Positions 8,041-13,107 of a stretch of 13,107 bases of DNA are shown piece after piece. Numbering within the stretch: position 1 is the stretch's first letter; the number at the start of each line of letters is the position of its first letter. The notes beneath the pieces are model-generated. The model did not search any database. It saw only the letters and a program-made list of their open reading frames with translations, and had not been told where the DNA came from. The translations under genes and the position numbers were made by a program. Source of the stretch: Polyangiaceae bacterium (GTDB lineage: Bacteria; Myxococcota_A; Polyangia; Polyangiales; Polyangiaceae); assembly GCA_044222475.1 (NCBI GenBank), contig JBGANF010000183.1:1-13107 (forward strand), read 5' to 3'.

Positions 8041-8202
8041 CGCGCGACGCCTCGAGAGAGAATGAACAGGAAGGGCGGAAGAACGGAAGAGTTGGGGGTT
8101 GCTCGTCGTTGCCAGCTCATCGCCACGCGCCAGCGTTGGTGGAACGCCCCCCAAACCTTCCGTCCTTCCGCCCTTCCTGTTCATTTCAAATCGCGCGACG
8201 CC
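8041..8202. mobile_element. Putative non-autonomous miniature inverted-repeat (MITE/REP-like) element with 11-bp flanking direct repeats
   Basis: CGCGCGACGCC occurs exactly at 8041-8051 and 8192-8202. It brackets a 140-bp segment that contains the inverted repeat and is more A/T-rich than its flanks. Confidence 0.5.
8061..8185. repeat. Long intergenic inverted repeat: 38-bp arms (8061-8098 and 8148-8185), 35/38 complementary, 49-bp spacer
   Basis: Left arm AATGAACAGGAAGGGCGGAAGAACGGAAGAGTTGGGGG; reverse complement of right arm AATGAACAGGAAGGGCGGAAGGACGGAAGGTTTGGGGG. The outer 21 bp are perfect. Confidence 0.95.
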
Positions 8203-8230
8203 CGCGAACTGGGAGCATCCTAGGAGCAGA

Positions 8231-9145
8231 ATGCAGATCGTCGTCACCGGGGGAACTGGGTTCATCGGCAAGCGCCTCGTCAAGGCGCTCCTCGCGCGGG
8301 GCGACTCGGTCACGGTGCTCAGCCGCAGCAGCGGCGCGCCGACGCCCGGCGGACCGAAGACCGTCGCGTGGGATCCGCGGCCGGGCAAGGACACGTCGTG
8401 GATGAGCGAGATCGACGGCGCGGACGCGGTCGTCCACCTCGCCGGCGCCGGCGTCATGGACGAACGCTGGAGCGACGAGCGGCTCGCGCTGATCCGGTCG
8501 AGCCGCAGCGACTCGACTGCCCTCGTCGCCGAAGCGATCGTGAAGGCGAAGAAGAGGCCCAAGGTCCTCGTCTCGAGCTCGGCGGTCGGCATCTACGGCA
8601 TGCGCGACGACGATCGAACGTTCGACGAAGACGAGACGGAGCTCGGCACCGATGTCCTCGCCGAGGTGTGCAAGGAGTGGGAGTCCTCTGCGGCCGCCGC
8701 CCGCGACGTGTGCCGCGTCGTCCACCCGCGCATCGGCATCGTGCTCGGGAAAGAGGAAGGAGCGCTGGCGCAGTTTCTCCCCGCGTTTCGCATGTTCGCC
8801 GGAGGACCGCTAGGGAGCGGCAAGCAGTGGATGAGCTGGATCCACTGGCACGACACGGTGACCGCGCTCATTCGCCTCATCGACGACGACACGCTGCGCG
8901 GGCCGGTCAACGTCGTCGGGCCGAATCCGTGCACCATGCAACAATTCGCGGAGACGCTCGGAAAGGTACTTCGGAGGCCGTCGTTCTTCCGTGTTCCGAA
9001 GTTCGCGGCGCGGCTGGTCGTCGGAAAGGGCGCCGTCGTGGTCCTCACCGGGCAGCGAGCGCTCCCGAAGCGGCTGAGCGCGGCGGGCTTTGCGTGGGCG
9101 CACCCGGAGCTCGAGGAGTGTCTCTCGGTGGAGCTGGGAAGCTGA
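8231..9145 (+). CDS. TIGR01777-family NAD-dependent epimerase/oxidoreductase (YfcH/SDR39U1-like, DUF1731 C-terminus; 304 aa)
   Basis: SD AGGAG at 8222-8226. MQIVVTGGTGFIG, VVHLAGA...RW, SSAVGIYG, LAEVCKEWE, RIGIVLG, GGPLGSGKQWMSWIH, GQRALPKRL..AGF.W.HPEL. Confidence 0.93.
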   Translation: MQIVVTGGTGFIGKRLVKALLARGDSVTVLSRSSGAPTPGGPKTVAWDPRPGKDTSWMSEIDGADAVVHLAGAGVMDERWSDERLALIRSSRSDSTALVAEAIVKAKKRPKVLVSSSAVGIYGMRDDDRTFDEDETELGTDVLAEVCKEWESSAAAARDVCRVVHPRIGIVLGKEEGALAQFLPAFRMFAGGPLGSGKQWMSWIHWHDTVTALIRLIDDDTLRGPVNVVGPNPCTMQQFAETLGKVLRRPSFFRVPKFAARLVVGKGAVVVLTGQRALPKRLSAAGFAWAHPELEECLSVELGS

Positions 9146-9226
9146 TTCGGAGTCCGGCTCGGCATCCCTTGCGGCGGGCCGCAGTCCTTGCGCTGTGCCT
9201 CTCCGTGTCCGAGCCGTACGGCCGCG

Positions 9227-9242
9227 TGGCATGTGCCTCGCA
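9227..9242 (+). promoter_or_regulatory. Candidate sigma54 (-24/-12) promoter
   Basis: TGGCATG-TGCC-TCGCA versus consensus TGGCACG-N4-TTGCW: GG (9228-9229) and GC (9240-9241) are exactly 10 nt apart, with 2 mismatches. It is intergenic and oriented toward the ATG at 9255. Confidence 0.5.
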
Positions 9243-9254
9243 TGGTTCGTCGGC

Positions 9255-10127
9255 ATGAGCGAACGCATCCTCGTCATCGGCGGCACGGGCCTGGTCGGCG
9301 CTCCCATCGTTCGACAGCTCGAAGAGGCGGGATGGAACGTCCGCGTGACGAGCCGCCACGCAGCCGAAGCAGGCGACAAGCTCGGCTCGGGCGTCGAGCT
9401 CGTGTCGGGCGACGCGAATCGTCGCGACGACGTCGAGCGCGCGATGACCGGCTGCCAAGCTGCACTCGTGTGCGTCAGCGATCTGCTCGATCCGTACCTC
9501 GACGTCCGCGTGACCGAGTCGGTCGTGCGTCTTGCCCCCACGCTCGGCGTCCAGCGCATCGGCCTGATCTCTGGCGCGAGCGTCGACGAAGAGCGGAGCT
9601 GGTTCCCGATGATCGACGCCAAGCTCGAGGCCGAGACGCTCCTCGAGGCCAGCAACACGCCGTGGGTGATCCTCCGCCTCACGTGGCCGATGGAGTCGCT
9701 CGCGCGCTTCGTCCAGGGCGACCGCGCGATGATCCTCGGCGACCAACCCGCGACGATTCACCCGGTCGCCGGCGCCGACATCGGTCGCATGGCGGCGCGC
9801 GCGTTCGAGCTCGACGAAGCGCTGGGTCGCACCTTCACCATTCACGGGCCCGAGGCCTACACGATGAGGGCATGGCTGCAGCGATACTGCGCGCTCGCCC
9901 ACTCGCCCGCCAAGGTGAAGAGCATTCCCTTCTGGGTCGCTTCCGCCATGGCGTCGCTCACCTTCGACCGCACGATGAAAGCGGCGGTCGCGCTGATGAG
10001 GTATTTCGATCAGCTCCCCGAGTTCGGAGACCCGACGGAGGCGAACCGCATCCTCGGTGCGCCGGAGATCACGCTCGAGCAGTGGGAGTCGAGCCGCGAC
10101 GTCTTCAAGCTGCCGAAGGCGGCGTGA
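9255..10127 (+). CDS. Atypical SDR / NAD(P)H-binding Rossmann protein (NmrA/NDUFA9-like; 290 aa)
   Basis: MSERILVIGGTGLVG (GxxGxxG), VRVTSR, LVSGD, AKLEAETLLEASNTPWVILR, HPVAGADIG, FTIHGPEAYT are typical of atypical SDRs. Confidence 0.88.
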   Translation: MSERILVIGGTGLVGAPIVRQLEEAGWNVRVTSRHAAEAGDKLGSGVELVSGDANRRDDVERAMTGCQAALVCVSDLLDPYLDVRVTESVVRLAPTLGVQRIGLISGASVDEERSWFPMIDAKLEAETLLEASNTPWVILRLTWPMESLARFVQGDRAMILGDQPATIHPVAGADIGRMAARAFELDEALGRTFTIHGPEAYTMRAWLQRYCALAHSPAKVKSIPFWVASAMASLTFDRTMKAAVALMRYFDQLPEFGDPTEANRILGAPEITLEQWESSRDVFKLPKAA

Positions 10128-10878
10128 GCCGGTACTTCGCGTAGACCGCGTCACGCCACTCGACGAGATCCCGGTACGTCTCGGCGAGCTCGCCGTCACG
10201 GAAGTAACGCCGACTGGCGCGACCGAGCTTCAGCCCGCTGGGTGGCGGCTCCACGAACGCCAGCGCTTGCGCCATCGTGATGTCGGCGAAGGAGAAGTGG
10301 TCGAGGATCGACCGCGGAGACTCCTTCGAGCTCGTCTTCGCGAGCGCTTCACGGAGCTCGTCGAGCGCGGCGGTCATCGTCGCGCGGTGCTCGTCGAGGC
10401 TCCGCTGGTCGCCGCCGTACTTCCTCAGCGTGCGCCTCACGCCGGAGCGCCCGATGCCCGTCGCGAGCGGACCGATCGCGCGGCGAAGCGACTTCGGCAC
10501 CATCTCGGCGAGCGCTTCGTCGTCCTCGAGCATGCGCGTGAGCTGGCGCGCGCGCCCGGCGGACATCGCGCGCTCGGAGAGCGCGATGAAGTGCTCGACC
10601 GACGAAGCGTGCTCGGCGGGGAAGAGCCGCGGACCGTCGCCGTGACGGTCGGCCCACCGCGCGATCGTCGTGGAGTCGGCCAAGAGCTGACCGTCGTCGG
10701 TCTTCAGCACCGGAACGGTGATCGTCCCCGTCACTCTGCCGAGCCGCCACCGGAGCGCGGGCTCACCGACGACCGGTTTGTAGTGGCGAAACACGTACGG
10801 GACGCGGCGAACGTCGAGCGCCCATCGAGCCTTCTCGGACCACGGCGAGTACACGAGACCGAGGAGCTCGGCCGTCAC
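10105..10878 (-). CDS. Glutathione S-transferase-family protein (257 aa)
   Basis: GTG at 10878 overlaps the lpdA stop (GTGA). YSPWSEKARWALD, TVPVL (cis-Pro loop), LADSTTIARWAD (DS motif), C-domain FSFADITMA. Confidence 0.88.
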   Translation of the reverse strand: MTAELLGLVYSPWSEKARWALDVRRVPYVFRHYKPVVGEPALRWRLGRVTGTITVPVLKTDDGQLLADSTTIARWADRHGDGPRLFPAEHASSVEHFIALSERAMSAGRARQLTRMLEDDEALAEMVPKSLRRAIGPLATGIGRSGVRRTLRKYGGDQRSLDEHRATMTAALDELREALAKTSSKESPRSILDHFSFADITMAQALAFVEPPPSGLKLGRASRRYFRDGELAETYRDLVEWRDAVYAKYRLTPPSAA

Positions 10879-12296
10879 GCGGCCACCAGCGGTCGCTTCC
10901 TGTTGGCGATGTGCACCGCTCGCCCGTGAGCGTACTCCGCGGCGTCGTGGATGGCCTCGGTGAACGTGGGGTGAGGGTGAATCGTGAGCGCGAGGTCTTC
11001 GAGCGTCGCCCGCATCTCGAGCGCGATCACTCCTTCGCCGATGAGCGACTCCGCCTGCGGCGCGAGGATGTGCATCCCGAGGAGCAGGTCGCTCTCTTCG
11101 TCGGCCACGAGCTTGATGAGGCCCGGCGGCGCGTTCATCGTCCGCGCGCGCCCGCTCGCGCTCAGCGGGAAGCGCCCGATGCGCACGCGATGTCCCGCGG
11201 CGCGCGCTTCGGCCTCGGTCATCCCACTGACCGCGATCTCGGGGTCGGTGTAGATGCAGTTCGGAATCGCGATCGGATCGAACGCGCTGCCGCGATCCCC
11301 GGCGATCGCAGCCGCCGCGATCACGCCTTCGTGCATCGCCTTGTGCGCGAGCAACGGTCCGCCCGCGACGTCGCCGATGGCCCACACGCCTCGCACGGTC
11401 GTTCGCCGTTGGGCATCCACCGCGAGATACCCGCGCGCGTCGGTCGAGAGCCCCGCCGCCGCGAGACCGAGGCCGCGCGTCACCGGCCGGCGGCCGATGG
11501 CGACGAGGACCCGGTCGAACGTCTCTTCGGTCGTGGTCGCGCCTTCGAGCACGACCGTCGCCGCGTCGCCGTGGACCGTCACGTCCTTCACCTTCGTCGC
11601 CGTACGGATCGCGATGCCCTCGCCTTCGAGGATCCGCGTCAGCATGCGCACGATCTCGTCGTCGATGCCGGGCAGAATCGCCGGCGCGAGCTCGACCACG
11701 ACGACCTCGGCTCCGAGGCGCCGGTACACCGTCGCGAGCTCCAGCCCGACGACGCCGCCTCCGACCACCAGGAGCTTCCGCGGGATCGACGGCACGGTGA
11801 TGGCTTCTTCCGACGTGACCACGACGCGCCCGTCGATCGGCCACCCCGGCGGGACGACCGGCTCGGCCCCGGTGGCGAGCACGATGTCGTCGGCCTCGTA
11901 GACCGTGCTCGTACCAGATTGGGACACGCGCACGCCGCCGCGGCCGAGCAGCTCGGCCGCGCCACGGACGAACGTGACCCCGTTGGTGCGGAACAGCGCC
12001 TCCACCCCGCCGACGTTGGCCTTCACGGCCTCGGCGGCGAACGCGCGGACGCGCTCCACGTCGACCGTCACCGGGCCGACGCCGATCCCGATCTGCGCCG
12101 CGTGGCGGGCCTGGTGTGCGACCTCGCCCACGTGGAGCAGGGCCTTCGTCGGGATGCACCCCGTGTTGAGGCACACCCCGCCGACGGCGCCTTTGTCCAC
12201 GCAGACGACGCGCCTTCCGAGCTGCGCCGCGCGGATCGCGGCGTGGTAACCACCGGGGCCCGCGCCGACGACGAGGACGTCGACGCGCTCGGTCAC
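10875..12296 (-). CDS. lpdA: Dihydrolipoyl dehydrogenase (E3; 473 aa)
   Basis: GTG at 12296 overlaps the thiolase stop (GTGA). [17 protein letters not shown], redox disulfide [19 protein letters not shown]-binding [38 protein letters not shown]. Confidence 0.95.
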   Translation of the reverse strand: MTERVDVLVVGAGPGGYHAAIRAAQLGRRVVCVDKGAVGGVCLNTGCIPTKALLHVGEVAHQARHAAQIGIGVGPVTVDVERVRAFAAEAVKANVGGVEALFRTNGVTFVRGAAELLGRGGVRVSQSGTSTVYEADDIVLATGAEPVVPPGWPIDGRVVVTSEEAITVPSIPRKLLVVGGGVVGLELATVYRRLGAEVVVVELAPAILPGIDDEIVRMLTRILEGEGIAIRTATKVKDVTVHGDAATVVLEGATTTEETFDRVLVAIGRRPVTRGLGLAAAGLSTDARGYLAVDAQRRTTVRGVWAIGDVAGGPLLAHKAMHEGVIAAAAIAGDRGSAFDPIAIPNCIYTDPEIAVSGMTEAEARAAGHRVRIGRFPLSASGRARTMNAPPGLIKLVADEESDLLLGMHILAPQAESLIGEGVIALEMRATLEDLALTIHPHPTFTEAIHDAAEYAHGRAVHIANRKRPLVAA

Positions 12297-13107
12297 GACA
12301 CCCGCTCGACCACGGTCGCGATGCCTTGGCCGCCTCCGATGCACATCGTCACGACGCCGATCTTCTTCTGCCGCCGCTCGAGCTCGTCGATCAGCGTCCC
12401 GAGGAGCATCGCTCCCGTCGCGCCGAGCGGGTGGCCGAGCGCGATCGCGCCGCCATTGACGTTCACTCTGGTCATGTCGATCCCCAAGGTGCGCACCGTC
12501 TCGAGGACGACGGCGGCGAACGCTTCGTTGATCTCCCATAGGTCCACGTCGGCCACGGACAAGCCCGCCTTCGCGAGCGCCTTCTTCGAGGCCGGGGCCG
12601 GGCCCTTCAACATGATGACCGGCTCCGATCCGACCGTCGCGGTCGCGACGATGCGGGCGCGGGGCTTCAGGCCGTGCGCCTTCACGTACTCCTCGGAAGC
12701 GATGACGACTGCACCGGCGCCGTCGACGATGCCGCTCGAGTTGCCCGCGGTGTGGATGTGCTCGATCGATTTGGCCGCGGGGTAGCCGGAGCGCGCGATG
12801 TCGTCGAGCGTGCGCCCTCCGTCCATCACCGAGGCGCCCATCGCCACGAACGACGCCGCGAGCTTGCCCAACCCCTCGAGGGTCGTGTCGGGGCGCGGGA
12901 ACTCGTCGACCGCGAGGAGCACGTTGCCTGCCGCGTCCTTCACCGGCACGAGGCTCCGAGCGAAGCGCTTCTCTTCGATGGCGACCGCAGCCTTCTGCTG
13001 CGACGACAGGGCGAAGCGATCGACGTCGTCGCGGGTGAACCCTTCGAGCGTCGCGATGAGGTCCGCGCTGATGCCCTGCGGCACCTGGAACACGCGGCTG
13101 CGCAGCT
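12293..13107 (-). CDS. Acetyl-CoA C-acyl/acetyltransferase (thiolase), C-terminal part; starts beyond the right edge
   Basis: Frame is open to the window edge (..[11 protein letters not shown]). Motifs [45 protein letters not shown]. Confidence 0.96.
   Translation of the reverse strand, partial: LRSRVFQVPQGISADLIATLEGFTRDDVDRFALSSQQKAAVAIEEKRFARSLVPVKDAAGNVLLAVDEFPRPDTTLEGLGKLAASFVAMGASVMDGGRTLDDIARSGYPAAKSIEHIHTAGNSSGIVDGAGAVVIASEEYVKAHGLKPRARIVATATVGSEPVIMLKGPAPASKKALAKAGLSVADVDLWEINEAFAAVVLETVRTLGIDMTRVNVNGGAIALGHPLGATGAMLLGTLIDELERRQKKIGVVTMCIGGGQGIATVVERVS

Noticed and set aside
8061..8190. Inverted repeat read as a CRISPR unit or a simple intrinsic terminator
   Set aside because: Repeats are inverted and occur once, with no array or cas genes. 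The 38-bp stem, 49-nt loop and lack of a real U-tract do not fit a canonical terminator, though it may still affect transcription.
8218..8225. Palindrome TCCTAGGA upstream of the TIGR01777 gene
   Set aside because: Only 8 bp and largely explained by the AGGAG Shine-Dalgarno sequence.
5278..8592. Long minus-strand ORFs (5278-6654, 6482-7231, 7201-8592) opposite livMGF
   Set aside because: Typical antisense ORFs of GC-rich ABC transporter genes; no independent motifs or start signals.
10105..10878. GST-fold protein as SspA, partner of sspB
   Set aside because: About 5 kb away in a different transcription unit, and it shows only generic GST motifs; nothing specifically SspA-like was recognised.
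10879..12174. 432-codon N-terminal extension of the GST ORF (689-aa call), suggesting a fusion or overlapping gene
   Set aside because: Arg-rich off-frame read of lpdA. The real start is the GTG at 10878 coupled to the lpdA stop.
10057..12785. Long plus-strand ORFs 10057-10929 and 10911-12785
   Set aside because: Antisense shadows of the GST, lpdA and thiolase genes.

Overview
GC-rich, gene-dense bacterial window. The Cys-rich lipoproteins, Hanks-type kinase and SspB style suggest Myxococcota, probably Polyangiales-like (inference). There are three blocks. (1) A leftward (-) run from 4602 to the left edge: uncharacterised HDxxH-motif protein, TetA-like MFS exporter, Cys-rich lipoprotein, large lipoprotein with MopE-like motif and probable 7-blade beta-propeller, and a Ser/Thr kinase (partial, missing from the ORF track). 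(2) A rightward (+) run diverging from a 16-bp perfect palindrome: sspB-like ClpXP adaptor, livM-livG-livF (no livK/livH here), a ~140-bp inverted-repeat element with 11-bp flanking direct repeats, a TIGR01777/YfcH-like epimerase, and an atypical SDR with a candidate sigma54 promoter. (3) A leftward, translationally coupled thiolase (partial)-lpdA-GST-like run that overlaps the SDR 3' end. Most genes belong to known families. The most unusual signals are the MITE/REP-like element at 8041-8202, the putative bidirectional promoter palindrome at 4605-4620, and the zincin-like HDWAH protein coupled to an efflux pump. No CRISPR array, RNA gene or transposase was recognised.
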